DNA of 64,000 bases from Octopus vulgaris (Eukaryota). Position numbers and translations under genes: made by a program. The first letter of the stretch is position 1, and every line of letters starts with the position of its first letter. Shown here piece by piece: positions 39,900-54,101 of this stretch. The DNA lies in the NCBI GenBank assembly GCA_951406725.2, contig OX597825.1, positions 64,976,001 through 65,040,000 of the forward strand, read 5' to 3'. The notes beneath the pieces are model-generated. The model did not search any database. It was not told the origin of the DNA and was given only the letters and a program-made list of their open reading frames with translations.

Positions 39900-40212
39900 T
39901 AATTCAGTTGATCGAATAATGAAAATATAATCGCCCAAATGCGTATCAAAATCGATCAATATATCTATCCTTCTGGCATCCAGAGGTCTGTTTCTCTATC
40001 TACTTATACTGATATCACTATCTATGATATATATATATATATATATGTATCTTCTTCTTCACATTTACCCCTCGCTTTTTCTCTCTCTTTCTCTTAATCT
40101 CTGTCTTATAGATATATATATATATGTTTTTATATATTTGTATGCATATATATATATATATATAGATAGATAGATATATACACATCTCTCTCGCTATCTC
40201 TCTCTCTCTATA

Positions 40213-40262
<50 letters not shown>

Positions 40263-40861
40263 ACACACATAAACACATACATTGACATACACGCGGAGTT
40301 CCATAATTTGACGAAATGAATTGGAATACTTTATCTTAGCCAGACTGGGAATTTTAAGACACCATACAGCTAATAGCAAAGATAAGTAGTCATACAAAGA
40401 AAAAATGTAATGATAATTATTTCTGATAGATTTACGCTAGGGATGACATGAATAGACAATTGTGACTTTGCAGCTTTCTAAATAATAAAATAATACGTGC
40501 AGTAAGTATATCTACAGTTATCGATGTGAAAGCAAAACTTTATCACTAATTAGGTTAAAGAAGATTTAAGCCACTAAAACACGTAATAATTATTTTGCAA
40601 TGACACTGCTATACTCCAAAATTGTCGCTTCGATTAACTCTTTCTCGTTTGTTTGTTTCCCATAGTATATTTCTGATACGGTTAGTAAAGTACTTGTCGA
40701 AAGTAATACAATTACAATGCTGTTATATGTATATAAATTTGTGTGAACGTGTGTGTGTGTGAATCTCTCTAGCCATCCATCCTTCCATGTATGAACACAT
40801 ACCTACTTACCTACCTACCTACCTACCTACCTACCTACCTACATAGATACATACATACATA

Positions 40862-41371
40862 CCGTAAATCCTCGAGTACAATCCGCATTTTTTCCCAAAA
40901 GGTCAAAATCCCTCGTGCGTACAATATACGAGGTTAAAAATGAAAAATATTTTCTAAGCAATGTCCGAGTCTCTATTTGCTGTCCGGCAATGTTTATTCA
41001 GACGCATTTTGTGATGTCGGGCGCAAAAATACCTTAAGCTAAGCCTGAAAGCAATGAAGTCATAAAAGAATCACACATAAGTTGCAGTAAGCAACATTTA
41101 TTAAAATAAAAGTATTCAGAATACAGAATAACACGTAACAAAAACAATTTTCAAACATTTACATTCCCATATAACAGTTGAGAACATTATTATTGTTGTA
41201 TTACGTATGCGCAAAAGTGTTTATTAAACTGTGCTGCTGGCTTAATTACGCACGACTCAAGTTAGAAAAGGAGTGCGTATTATACACAAGGTTTAGGTTT
41301 TTCAGAGGTACATCCCCCTAAAAATCCCTGCGTATTATACTCAAGGGCGGATTATACTCGAACATTTACGG
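40862..41371. mobile_element. pogo/Tc2-type MITE (510 bp)
   Basis: TA|CCGTAAATCCTCGAGTACAATCCGC ... GCGGATTATACTCGAACATTTACGG|TA (25-bp imperfect TIR, TA TSD). Subterminal repeats of TGCGTA(T/C)(T/A)ATA at ~40916, ~41275 and ~41329. Confidence 0.9.
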
Positions 41372-41478
41372 TACATGTAAACATATATATATATATATAT
41401 ATACATACACGCATAAAACTTAGATTTCAACCAAAGATTGGTCCAGGCCATGTCTAACTTAATAGCACCGCATGTAAG

Positions 41479-41546
<68 letters not shown>

Positions 41547-42384
41547 ATGTCTCTAATCCCTGAAACTATCAGGATGAGTTATGCAACAAAATTGCTCTGC
41601 AGTCATGTTACAAATTGCTCTGCAGTCATGTTTCAAATTAATGTGCGAAAGCCTTTTAGAATACTCGTTTCTATTGATTAACATTTTTAACCGAAGGCTG
41701 CACTCCATTGAAAACTTAGGCTTTTTAGCCAAAGCTATCATACCTTAGGCAATCTCGACTTTGTCTACATCAGAGAATTCTTTGTTCTGTGAATACTTCC
41801 TTTTTGTTTTTTTTTAATTCGGAAAGATGCCATACTTTGCACTAGTTTCTAGTTTTAGCACATTATTTAGCCAGGTGGGAGCTCTTTTGTCGGTTCGATC
41901 CATTATGCCTTGTTTACGAAGTAAAAAAATAATAGAGCTATCCATAATTGTGTTTAATAAGCCTACAAGCGACACTAATAGTTCCGCTAATTTATGGTTG
42001 TAAACTAGCACTTTATTATAACGCACTCACCGTGAAAATAATGGAAGGTAAATAATGAACTGCCCTGGATTTGACAGAGGCTTTTCTTGTCATTTAAAGA
42101 TTAAAAGCATTGATATGGAATGTGTGTGTATTTGTGTGTGGGTGTCTTGTCCGTGTGGAGAGGTGGGGATTAATGTTTATGGCGTTGCACTCATGATGGT
42201 AGGATTATTGTTTCGATTCCTGGACAAGAGGATACACAGTGTTGTTAAACAAGGCACTTCATTTCACCTGGCAAAAATGTATTAATCCGGTGAGAACTTA
42301 GTTCCCGTCCAGATTAGGAACATTACACATGATAAAATCCACGAAACCAGCCTTGTGAATCTATGGCTCTGGAAGGATATTCAG

Positions 42385-42469
<85 letters not shown>

Positions 42470-42707
42470 TGTATGTATGTATGTATGTATGTATGTATTA
42501 TGTATGTATTCAGTTTTTATCTTGAAGCTATGTTAAAGAATGAATTTACATACTTACCAACTCTCCATTTCCTCGCCTATTATTAAATAATACTTATAGT
42601 AATCCCATATATATCGTGGAGATTTCCCTCCAACGTATTGGGGATTACACCGTGAAATTTTGGATATATTAATTCCTTAGGAGGATAAGACATCCTCGAA
42701 TTGACTG

Positions 42708-42760
<53 letters not shown>

Positions 42761-42763
<3 letters not shown>

Positions 42764-43060
42764 GGCAACCAGTGTGACATCCTATAAAGGATAGTGCTAC
42801 TACCGTTTATGGCCCCAGGAAGACATGTCTTCCAGCTGGATAGCGGCACACATTCCGTGTCTGATTTGTATTTGCGAGAGGAGGTTATCGCTCCCTTCTC
42901 TAGCCTTGCTTCATACACACGGACTCGAGTTTCTTGGTGGTTACCCGTTTCAGTGAGTGTTAATCACCAGCTAGTGATGGAAACTCATTCAACTCGGAAA
43001 ATACTATATGCTTTTTTCCAGCGATAAACTGTGGCTGATCTCGAAAAAAGGAAATAGATT
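42761..43060 (-). mobile_element. Diverged copy of the 353-nt hammerhead family
   Basis: Collinear with the reverse complement of ~33030-33330 (TGCTACT, CCCAGGA, GTATTTGC, TTACCCGTT, AATCACC, TTTTTCCA, CTGATCTCGAAAAA). Flanked by (TA)n. Confidence 0.7.
42915..42960 (-). ncRNA. Degenerate minimal hammerhead ribozyme
   Basis: Minus strand ACACUCA-CUGAAAC-GGGU AACC ACCAA-GAAA-CUCGAG-UC|CGUGUGU; perfect palindromic stem III ACUCGAGU; GUC triplet. Confidence 0.55.
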
Positions 43061-46008
43061 TATATATAATGTTGGCACACCTATTCGTGTCCATGCACTC
43101 AAATGGGCAAGAAAGCTTTTATTTATAAAACTTCCATGTGCTTATATATTCATATAAAGCCGAAAGCGTCTCTGTATGTATTTATATATACACACTCACA
43201 TACTGACGTACATGTGTGTAAATTTGGAGCAAAAATGTCAAGGAGTTTCTATTTTTTCTGGCATGTATTCTAGTTTTCCTCGGTTGTAAAGAACTGAGTA
43301 GAAGCCAGTACAAGCATCATACTGTGGCAGAATTATGGTTGAAAAAGCAATTTACTAGCTGGATGCAACTGGAACTCTTATTTTTCAAACCTTTAACACA
43401 GCCTTCTAATTAAATAAAACAGGCGCCATCCTGTGACAGAGCTTCTACGTGCTTCCTCGATCTGCTCTCTTTATCAAGCAAATATATTGCAAATCACATA
43501 CTACCCTCTTAAAATAAAGGAAGTATTAAGCAAACACGTCATTTGAATTTAAAACAATGGACTCGTCGTTGGTAGAATAATATTACCCATGCTTGACAAA
43601 AAGCAAACCAACGCTTAGTAGTGCTTCAATCTCACACGGTCACAAAACTCGACTGACAAACGTTGTACATTGCTAGTACCTTATTAATGTTGTTTTATTA
43701 TACTCTTATAGTGTACGGCAGACTATACTTTAAAATATTAGCTAACACTGTCTGTAATAGACTTTTGTAAACAACTATGCTGTCTAGACACGGTCTTAGT
43801 GGGGAGTAGAAAATGCAAAATGGGGCTCAGTCGGTCATGAAATCTCAAATGGTTTTGAAATTAATCCGCTAGATCTTGTTTTACATTCCACGAAGATATC
43901 GTATTTAAAAGCATTTATCTATTGCTTAAATCGTCGTCAAAAAATCCGTAGACATAATCTGCACTACAGTATAAAACAGAAATCAATCACTGTTAATCCA
44001 TCATTATTTATTTACTGAACTACCTATGAAGAATGGGTTATGTATACTAATTAGCTCATCTCGACTAAATAACCGACAGTTTTAATGAATTTATAACAAA
44101 CTTCGTGAGCAGGTGAAGAAGGTACTCAGTCATTGATGGCACCCCGAGAAAAGAATAACACCAATCTGATTAATCTCCTGTCTGATATAGATAAAGGATT
44201 AATTATCTAATGGTTCTCTCTTTTTAGGTGACATGCTGAGATTCTAGGAGGTAATGCTATAGGGTTAAGCTTCTAGTAGGAATACACTTATTGGTTTTCT
44301 ATCTAAAAGTAGCAATCAGAATGAGAACACTGCTCGAATTATAACACTCTATATCATAGTGTTGGTTGACGTTTTGATTTTGATTTTGATTTTTCCAGTT
44401 TCAGCTCATGAGCTGTGGCCATGCTGGGGCACCTCTTATAAATATTTATTTTACACTTGTCGTTATATTTTTGAAACTGTCATTGACATTCAAGAACCCA
44501 TATCGTGGTGGATTTGTAGGTTCGGTTCTGATGTACAGAATTTCTACATATATATTTCCGTTCTAATTTGGAGTTCTGCATTTGGACAACTTTACCTTTT
44601 GTGCGCGATAAAATACAGTACCTGTCAAAATATAATAGATAGCTTCTCAAACAATGGCCTTGTATCTCAGATGTAAAGCAATATTCATTTGCAACATAAA
44701 AAGAAATTCATATAGGTTAAGTACGAAATAGTTTTTCTTTTTTTAACCAACTCGAATAGTGGAGTGGCACTTTTTCCTTAACCAAGCGACAATAAAATTC
44801 AGAGTTAATATATCTAACCCGCTCCTGTACAGTGAGCATGCATATATGATACCTATAATACAATGTCCCGCAGAATAGGTATACCAAAATGTAGTAACAT
44901 AGTTTCTTTTTAGAGTTCGAACCACACCGAAATCATTCTTAACTTTTATCACTAGAGGCTAGATGATATATGTAGTTGTTAAATCATGTAGTTAAATTAA
45001 TAGACCGTGTCCTTTCCTTAGATGTTTGCGGCTGTGCAAAAAATGCGATAAAATATAACAAATTACATAAAAACGTCGCAGACAAAGAGACTTCAGAGCA
45101 TTCACCAAAAGATATTATTAAGCTATGAAATTTCCGTTCTCTATTTTTCTGAAGTTAGAACCGGCATGTGGTCGGTTTTATATTGCAAGCTGATAAGTAT
45201 GTACAAAGCATTTACTGGTCACAGTCTAATGACCTATAACAATCCTATACAGATTTGAACATTTTTTTTTTTCAAACGTTTTCTAATTAAAGTGTAAGAC
45301 TAGCGTTTATATAATATGACACTCAGCCCATAGACAAGTTTTACGCTATTCGTATTACAAAGCATATTTTCCCCAGAAAATCTAATACCGTGTGGTTACA
45401 ACCAACGTCATTGCTCTTTAGAGGTTTCCAGTGAAATCATTATATTGTTCGCATCTTTTTTGATGTGTAGAATGATAATAGAGTGTCTGCACAACTCTAG
45501 TGGATTAAATACCACAAACCATCGACAATCCTCCGCCAAATGGGCATTGCTCTAGTTCACGTATCATTTGCGCTTGCACACATACATATATATGAGTAGG
45601 TGTGTGCCTGAATACATATGCGTTTATGAGTTAAATGGAGTCGTATGTCAAACTTTGGCCAAATGGGAATTTTTTAATATTGAATTTTGTTTGTAATAGC
45701 CGGTTCTTTTGCTCAAACAATTGTATCTGCAGCTGGTTCAGATGCCAAGATATGAAAATTGTAGCACAATGGTTTAGCATTTTTCAAAAGTGTAGTAAGT
45801 CCACAAACGTCAGTTTTTCAAATATATTTGTGACTGAAAATATCATACATGCATGGAGTTATAATTTTATGCACCTAACAAAATATGATTGTTAAGCTGA
45901 AGCTGTTGCAAATGTAAAAAGAAATTGAATAGAGAAACTATTTTTTTAGTTTTCTGAAAAACCAGCCTTTTGAACTTACATCACTTTTGCATAATTGCAT
46001 AATAGCAA

Positions 46009-46048
<40 letters not shown>

Positions 46049-46694
46049 GTGTGTGTATGCCTGTGTGTGAGGACAAATGTTTAGGTTATTGCTCTGCGAT
46101 CACTTCGGCAATTGTGTGTGTGTATGTTATTGTGTGTTTGTGTGTGAGTGTGTGCTTGTGTTGCAGCAAAATGCACGTTACACAAGTGCAGATCCTATTG
46201 AAGTTTCTACATTCAAAATTTAGTGGTTTCCTGTATACATAAAAATTCTTCAGAACTTTCTTCTCATTTCTAATTGGTTATGGAACAAAATTAATGATAA
46301 ATTCCGTCATTAGACGAATAACGATAAGCATTCTGAGATTTACGAGTGTCTAGTTACCATGGGGTTAGTTATACACATATAAACATATACACACACACAA
46401 ACTCCCGTGTGTATGTGTGCACACATGAACACAAGGTGATGCAATAGTTTGTAAAGCTGTGAGATGCAATTGTACACGGATGGGTATCTCTATGCCTTTC
46501 CCATCTCTCTTTCTCTCTCTCACTCTCTCTCTCTGTTTCTCCCCCCCCCCCACACACACAAAGGCATATATGTGAATGTATATTTGTCTATCTTTGCTTA
46601 TGTGTTTCTGAAAATATTTATATGCAGTGAACGACAACGTGTTTAAAATAATATATAGATGATAGATAGATAGATAGATATATAGATAGATATG

Positions 46695-47319
46695 TTTCTT
46701 TATTAGCCACACAGGGCTGCACACAGATAGAACAAATTACAAGGTAGAGCTTTTCTTTTGAAGGTTTAAGGAAAAAAAAAAAAAAAAAAAAGGAAGGGGG
46801 AGTTTCGATCAAAAGGGATCGTAAAAGGAGAGAAAGAGGACAAAAAAAAGGGGGTTTAAAAAAAGGGGGGAGGAAAAAAATTGATCAATAGGGATCGTTA
46901 TCACAGAAATGTCAATATGAAGTGTAAAGGGGAGGACAGGTGAGGTTTACCCGTGCAAAGAAAAGCCTACGGAAAAGACCACGGTAACCTCGGTCAATGA
47001 TGTCACATTTTATATTTCTTTTTTTTTTTTTTGCAAATAAGCAACTCTCTGTTTTCGATTTCTGGGTTCATAGGACTATGCTCAAGGTGGCTTCGTCATT
47101 CATACGTGCCATTCTTGCTACATTCACCCATCTTTTTTTAAAACATTCGCTAGACAAAACTTGCCTCTCTACTCTCACTTTCCTTTTCAAGTGGTACTTG
47201 AAGAAGTTGATGAGAGATTGACCAGAGAGGAAAGTGTTTGTCTCCAATCCTTTCAGACGCGTCCACCAGATACATTCTTTCGCCATAGCCACAAGGATGA
47301 TGAAAATAGCTCTTCCTTC
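46695..47319 (-). mobile_element. 5'-truncated L1/Tx1-clade LINE (ORF2 C-terminus plus 3' UTR) in (GATA)n
   Basis: Peptide 47319-47068 (AIFIILVAMAKECIWWTR...FKKRW) has the K-x-x-IW-x-x-R ... F-x-x-x-W pattern of L1/Tx1 C-termini. Pyrimidine-rich 3' UTR ends AATAAAGAAA. (GATA)n on both sides. Confidence 0.7.
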
Positions 47320-47429
<110 letters not shown>

Positions 47430-47951
47430 TTATACAAGCAGAAACATAGATGTGTGAGTATATTGTCATGTCAGATATTTTTCTGAAATAAAAACTGTGC
47501 ATAAAATAAGGGTGTGACATTGTAGACAGTTGTTTGGAGAACTTAAAACTACGTTCTTAATGATCAGAGAAAAAGAAAAAGAAATGTAAAGAAAATAAAT
47601 AAATAACAAATATAAGAATACTAGAGTATAAAACAGGTGTGTTGTTTCACGACAGGGTGTGATGTTATCTATATAGTTAGGCATACGTTCAGTAAGTAAG
47701 GTAACAGCAATAGGAAAAAAAATGTGTCAAGGACGTATCACATATGTGTCTTCTTAGTCTGAACATTTATTTTCTTGAATATTCTGACATGATGAAACCG
47801 CCATTTTACTCAGCACTCGCAAGTTATCATTTGAACAAAAAACAATACCTTTAATGTATCTCTCTGCAATTTAAAATTTCAGCCTGCGGGACATATGCAT
47901 TCATATTCTTAAAAAATAGTGCGTTTTATTATAATTACTACTATTACCAGA

Positions 47952-48108
47952 GTAGTTAGCACCCCGTACAAGGCTTAGCGGCATTTCCTCTGTAGTTCTG
48001 AGTACAAATTCTTCCGAGGCCGACTTTGCTTTGTCGATAAAATAAGTACTCGTCGAGTACTGGTATCGATGTACTCGACTAGGCCTTGCGCCTATGGTAG
48101 AAAGGATT
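47952..48108 (+). mobile_element. SINE family A, degenerate deleted copy
   Basis: GTTAGCACCCCG...TTCTGAGTACAAATTCTTCCGAGGCCGACTTTGC...GGCCTTGCGCCTATGGTAGAAAGG. Confidence 0.7.
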
Positions 48109-48138
48109 ATCATTATCAATATTTTTATTATTTTATTA

Positions 48139-49618
48139 TTTTGCACAGCTTCTAACATTGGAGATGTACGACGATGTCAGTTGTTCACTATTCGTGAACT
48201 AAGGTAACACCCCTTATTTTTTGAGCACCATCTGGAGTATTCGAGCGGTTCCATGCAGTGCTTTTTTATGCAAGTGCTCCACCCTTAGGGCAGTCCCACT
48301 TTGTTCCATGTACTTCTCAAGTTTTTTACTCGCTTTTCCCAGGGCTCCAACAATTATTGGTACTACTACCACCTTTTTCATCGATCATATCTGCTTTATC
48401 CTCCCGCGCTAACCTGTCATTCTTTTCTTTTATTCTTTTACTAGTTTCAGTCATTTTGACTGTGGCCATGCTGGAGCACCGCCTTTAGTCGAGCAAATCG
48501 ACCCCGGGACTTATTCTTTGTAAGCCCAGTACTTATTCTATCGGTCTCTTTTGCCGAACCGCTAAGTAACGGGGACAACTTTTCTTTCTTTCTTATCGCA
48601 TATCTTGATACCAGCTGGGCATGCTATATTTATGATCCAGCATCGTTTGCTTTCTTTCTCAATTAAGACTATGCTTGGTCTCCTGTACTTTACCTCATGG
48701 TCGCACTAAATCATAAAATCGCATAGGAACTTGGCAGTATCATTTACGATGATGCCTTCGGGTTTATGTTCGTACCACTTTTTTGCTTTGTTAAGTCCAT
48801 ACTTGTTGCAAAGTGTCCAATGGAGTACCCTTGCTATGTTGTGATGACGCGTCTTATATTCTTTCTGGGCTAGTGGTGTACATTGACTGGTAGGTAATAT
48901 ACCATACGGTCTCACCATTTTGTCCACAAATTCTGCACTTATAACTTTCTGATGTTTTGTCTATTCTATATTTGAAGTAATTCGTTCTTAATGCTTGCTC
49001 TTGGGCACCACAAACTGAAATCTCCGTTTCTGGTTTTAAATCACTTCTAGTTATCCATAACCATCTTTTCTCTCTGCATGTCTTATCTTCAACATCCCTA
49101 TGAAATTGTCCATACATTCTTTTCTTTATCCACCTATTTTCCGGTTCATTCATGTTCAAGTGCTTGTACAGCACTTTATCATTGCAGTCTTCCATCCTAC
49201 ACAAGCCTGACTTTCTTACTTCCAATAATAGCGTTTCTGTGGCATTTTTTTATGTTTTCTTCTGCTCTAATGCTGTATTCGTATCCAATCGGTCCTCTAC
49301 CCCTTCTTTTTCCTGGTACATACAATCTGCCTGTGTCACCTTTTAGATGGAATATCACATATCTAGTCAGCAACTTCCTTGTCTTTCCGTCTAAACTGTT
49401 TAGTTCGTCTGCTGTCTATGTGATTACCCCTTCTTCATATCTAAGGAGTGAAACTACCCAAGTGTTAATAGCTTCAATCTTATTCACTCCGTTTAATTTC
49501 GACTTAAGGATCAGTCTCACTATGCTCAAGTACTCCGCCTTAAACTGTTCTGTCATTTCTTTCTCCATCAATTTATCCCATTTCCAATATCCCCAAGTAA
49601 TTACCATCTTTGACATTT
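48139..49618 (-). mobile_element. 5'-truncated R4/Dong-clade LINE (end of RT, CCHC knuckle, restriction-like endonuclease), decayed
   Basis: Broken frames give NYLGILEM, LKSKLNGVNKIEAINTW, GAQEQALRT, CRICGQNGETV...C, RHHNIAR, RRPSIVLI...INIACP and VPIIVGALG. TAA-like repeats at both ends. Confidence 0.88.
48420..48577 (-). mobile_element. SINE family B 3' part nested inside the R4/Dong element
   Basis: TTTTACTAGTTTCAGTCATTTTGACTGTGGCCATGCTGGAGCACCGCC...TTTTGCCGAACCGCTAAGT interrupts the endonuclease coding region. Confidence 0.85.
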
Positions 49619-49779
49619 TATTATTATTATTATTATTATTATAATTATTATTATTATTATTATTATTATGATTATTATTGTTGGTGGTGTTGGTGTTGTT
49701 ATTGTTGTTATTATTATTATAATTATAATTATTATTGTTATTATTGTTATTAATATTATTATTATAATTATTATTATTA
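49619..49779. repeat. Imperfect (TTA)n/(TTG)n microsatellite
   Basis: Directly visible. Confidence 0.9.
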
Positions 49780-51026
49780 CTTGACCACCCCTGACAAAAA
49801 AACAGCGTACCGTCTGAATCAGATGTCCGATTTACGGGAACTTGTGGTATTCCGTTTGTATTCACATTTCAGAGGTGTTTTACTTTCAAAGCATTTTCCG
49901 CATTTTACGCCGGTTTGGCGTAAAATACAATGTATAAATTTGGGGCATTTCATATTAAAATTCTAATTTTCAAAATTTATGTTCCAAGCTTTGCTCATGA
50001 CTGTACATATCAGAAGGGGGGAAAGTGGGGAAAGAGAAAGATAGTCGTATAGGTTCATGCACAGTGATAAATTTCCAGTGAAAACTCATGTGTATCTCAT
50101 TTTCAGAAGCCTTCCTCTGAAGTTATGTTCAAAGCTTGGTTTCTCTTCCCTTTGTACATACGCTTACCACTGTCTTACCTCCAGCAGTTTGAAACCGAGA
50201 TTAACATTCCCAAACATCGCAGATCATGGCTACAACAGCTTCATCTCTCTACTCATCTTCTTGATAACATTAACTGATGTGGAGCCAGTGACGGTGGCTC
50301 TTGTTAATCTCTCTTACTGCTAGAAACAACAGCCTATCTCTTCTCAACTAATAATTTGATGGTCTTTAAAATTGGACACACACCTTAAGCTATATAGGTC
50401 TAAAAAGAATGCACAAATAGAATCTGCCGAAACAACTGTTGTGAATTTTGAAGCTCAGTTGTGTTCTTATAGATACACCATAATTGGAACTAACTCTGAG
50501 CTGGATCTACCATTTATATTGGATTTGGTAACTCTGTATACATGTATATGTCTATGTGTATATATGTATATTTATATATATATATATGTATATATGTGTG
50601 TGTGTAGCTAGATAGATATGTGTATGCCTGTATGTGTACTATATTTAAATGCTCACAATGATTATGTCTTGGGGATGAGACAAAAATTGAAAAATCGTTA
50701 ATTGGCTTTAATTAATATTATTGTTAAATATATTGTGATATTTCGAACAGATTTCAGTGTTATTAGAATCTCAGTAGAGATGTATAAACTTCGCTGTACT
50801 GATTAGCTAGGGCTTCGGTGAAGCATATATATTCTTATCTGATTAGTTTAGGAAAATTGTATTTTAGTCACAAAAGTTCACAGAATCTTCAGTGATCTTT
50901 TTTTGTATAATTATTTCTGTGAGTATGATGTCTTTGCAGTTAAATCAGGTGTATGGTATAGCAGTAAGAGAAAATGAAATTATGAAACGACGAGAAACAA
51001 ACCATAGCAAATAATATCACAATAAA

Positions 51027-51830
51027 CGCGGGTGTGGCTGCATGGTAAGAAGCTTGGTTGTTTTGAAGGCGGTGAGCTGGCAGAATCGTTAGCACACCGG
51101 GCAAAATGCTTAGCGCTATTTCGTCTGCCGTTACGTTCTGAGTTCAAATTCCGCCGAGTCGACTTTGCCTTTCATCCTTTCGGGGTCGATTAAATTAAGT
51201 ACCAGTTACGCACTGGGATCGATGTAATCGACTTAATTCCTTTGTCTGTTCTTATTTGTCCCCTCTATGTTTAGCCCCTTGTGGGTAGTAAAGAAATAAG
51301 TATTTCGTCTGCTGCTACGTTCTGAGTTCAAATTCCGCCGAGGTCGACTTTGCCTTTCATCCTTTCGGGATCGATAAATTAAGTACCAGTTACGCACTGG
51401 GATCGATGTAATCGACTTAATTCTCTTGTCTGTCCTTGTTTGTCCTCTCTATATTTAGCCCCTTGTGGGCAATAAAGAAATGAGAAGCTTGTTTCTCAAC
51501 CATGAGGTCTGGGGTTTAATGCCCCTACATAGCAACTTCAACAAGTGTTTTCCACAATAGCCCCATACTAACTAATGCTGTGTACATGTATATGACAAAT
51601 GGAAACTGACAGAAGCACGTCGTTTATGTATGTGTCCTGCCCCACCACCACTTGAAACCAGTGTAGGTTGGTTTATGTCATGTAACACATCAGTTCGACA
51701 AAAGCAACATTATAGAATAAATACTAGGCTTTAAAATAAGTACGGAGGGCGTCTTGTTTGTCTAAACCATTCCAGGTTGTGCGAGAGTATGGCCAGGTCG
51801 AAAGATTGAAACAAGCCCAGAATAAAAGAG
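51027..51830 (+). mobile_element. SINE family B copy, interrupted by a family A dimer
   Basis: Head CGCGGGTGTGGCTGCATGGTAAGAAGCTTG resumes at ~51483 and runs to GAAACAAG...AATAAAAGAG. Confidence 0.75.
51066..51482 (+). mobile_element. SINE family A homodimer
   Basis: Two units, both with the type-1 tail (51066-51298 and 51299-51482); AGAAGCTTG duplicated at 51048-51056 and 51483-51491. Confidence 0.9.
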
Positions 51831-53489
51831 AGGAGCTATTATAAGAGAAAGGAGGAAATTTGTTGCTAGCTAACGTTTTAATGTTTAACTGTTTTTATAA
51901 TTGAGGTGACAGATGTGTAAAGAACGATAACTACTGCAAACTGTAAGTAGAATGAGGCTTTCATGGTAGTAGGAATATACAAGATGTATTTTGATGAAAC
52001 TACCACGGGTTTAGCTATACGTACAGCTACTCATCTTGAGTAACCTAATTCTTTGAGTCACATTTGTTGCTTTACATCTTTGCAATGTGTAATTAATAGC
52101 AAACACTTCAAAAGAGATTTAAGTGAGCTTCCCCAACGACGTTAACTATAGAATGCAATCTTGTTAGGTATTCCATTAAGGGGCAATTAAGGAGAAGTGT
52201 TATCATGGCAGATAAAACGAAGCACTTCGATCGGGTTTACGGTCTGAATTCAAATTCCATCGAAGTCCGTATTGTCTTTCATCCTTTCCAGTTCAATAAC
52301 ATAAGTATCAGTTGAGCAATGGGGTCGGCAATGTCAGCTAAATCCTTCTCTCAAAATTTTAGTCCTTGTTCATATACTGGTGTGAATGATTAGATATTCC
52401 AAAGGGTGAGAGAATAATACAGTAAAAATTATGCCTTTAACGCAGCCACCAGGTTTTGAGAGATTTTATTGGGAACGTCAATGTTGTAAGCATTCGGTCC
52501 AATATTTTTGAGGTTAAATCGATCTTGTGACGACTACAACAATTTATGTCTTGCTTTATCATATTTCCTCCGGGCCTACACCTCTCAGCGGTAGCACAAA
52601 GTACTATTTCTCCCAACTTAGTTGTTAGACTGAAACATCGAATAACAATTACCTAATTAGTACAATAAGTATTCAATACTCTTGAGTTGAACTACCAATA
52701 ACAAATTTATTTGCCATTCCATCATAGTATACACGGAGACTTTCTCAAGTATTATCTGCTATTCGCTAAAGAAAACAAATAGCCTGAAAGGAATTAAGAT
52801 TTCAAAGGAATAACTACTATAGCAGAAACAACTAGAATTTCATCATACACCATTGAAATAACAAGCGAAAGGATTCTTAACTCGACGCGATTCTGCAGTA
52901 AAAGTCGTTGATAACATACACCTGGTTCATTGGAATCTTTAGTAGCGCTCCCTGCGTTGCAAGTAGTCGGACACGGCTTACAATATACTTTTTGCTACAT
53001 TATAACATACATATGTTCAAGCTGGGTAAATTGCAGTATCGTTATCTCCAGTCTGTATAGAAATGAAAAACTCATTGTTAAGTCCATGCATTCTTGATTA
53101 CCATTCAAAAACAAAAAAAAAGTAGTCATCAGAATAACAGAAGACAAGGTCAAACTGCTCAATGTCTTTACAGTCTCACACAATATTTTGTTTGCTTTTG
53201 TTCTTCTTTTCTTTCATTCTTTTCTTTAGTTTCCTTGTGCTAAACAGAGATACACAATATCTATAAGCACGAGAATACTTGACACAAAAATTAAAATTTC
53301 TCTACTTGCTAAAGTCGGTTAGATAATTAGAGCAATTATCTGTGGTTAATTATCGCGCTGCAAATTGTAATGTAATTAAGAGACATAGTTTTACTGTGAA
53401 ATTATTAATTGAGAAGTAAAATGTACATTCGCTCAATTGTACAAGCGAGATTACATCCAGACGAATACATACGTTATAAATAAATGCAT

Positions 53490-54030
53490 GCACATGTAGA
53501 TAATACACACGCACCTATGAATATATACAAATACGCATACACATGTATGTGTGTGTGTGTGTGAGTGTAGACACGTACATATGCTAAACGCAGATGCAAG
53601 AATTAACAAACGCACATGTACGTATGTCATACATACATATATACATATATACATAAATACATGCATACATACACATATATGTATGTGCGTATGTGGCTGC
53701 ATCTATATGTATGTACACATATATATATATATACACATGTGCATATATATACACGTGTACATATATACAGGCATGCATACATAAATACGTATGTACATAT
53801 ACACATGCATACATAGTTACATATGCGTGTACATACGTATGACAAGAATCTTTGCTAAACAATATGAGTAAGAATTCAATAGAAATTTAACAAACTATTT
53901 CGTATAATTATGTTCATGCATATATGTCACTATATACGTGTGTATTCATATACATACATATGTACATATAGACACACACACATATATATATATAAATATG
54001 ACGTAATACATAATGCATGCTTTGCATACC

Positions 54031-54100
<70 letters not shown>
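53490..54100. repeat. Degenerate (TA/CA/TG)n low-complexity field
   Basis: Directly visible. Confidence 0.85.

Positions 54101-54101
<1 letters not shown>

Noticed and set aside
41587-41640. Short tandem duplications (23-bp unit here; 21-bp direct repeat at ~13417-13474)
   Set aside because: Ordinary local duplications with no further structure.
42674-42712. GAGGAT/ATCCTC hairpin preceded by CCTTAG and followed by GAAT
   Set aside because: Too many departures from the hammerhead core and register.
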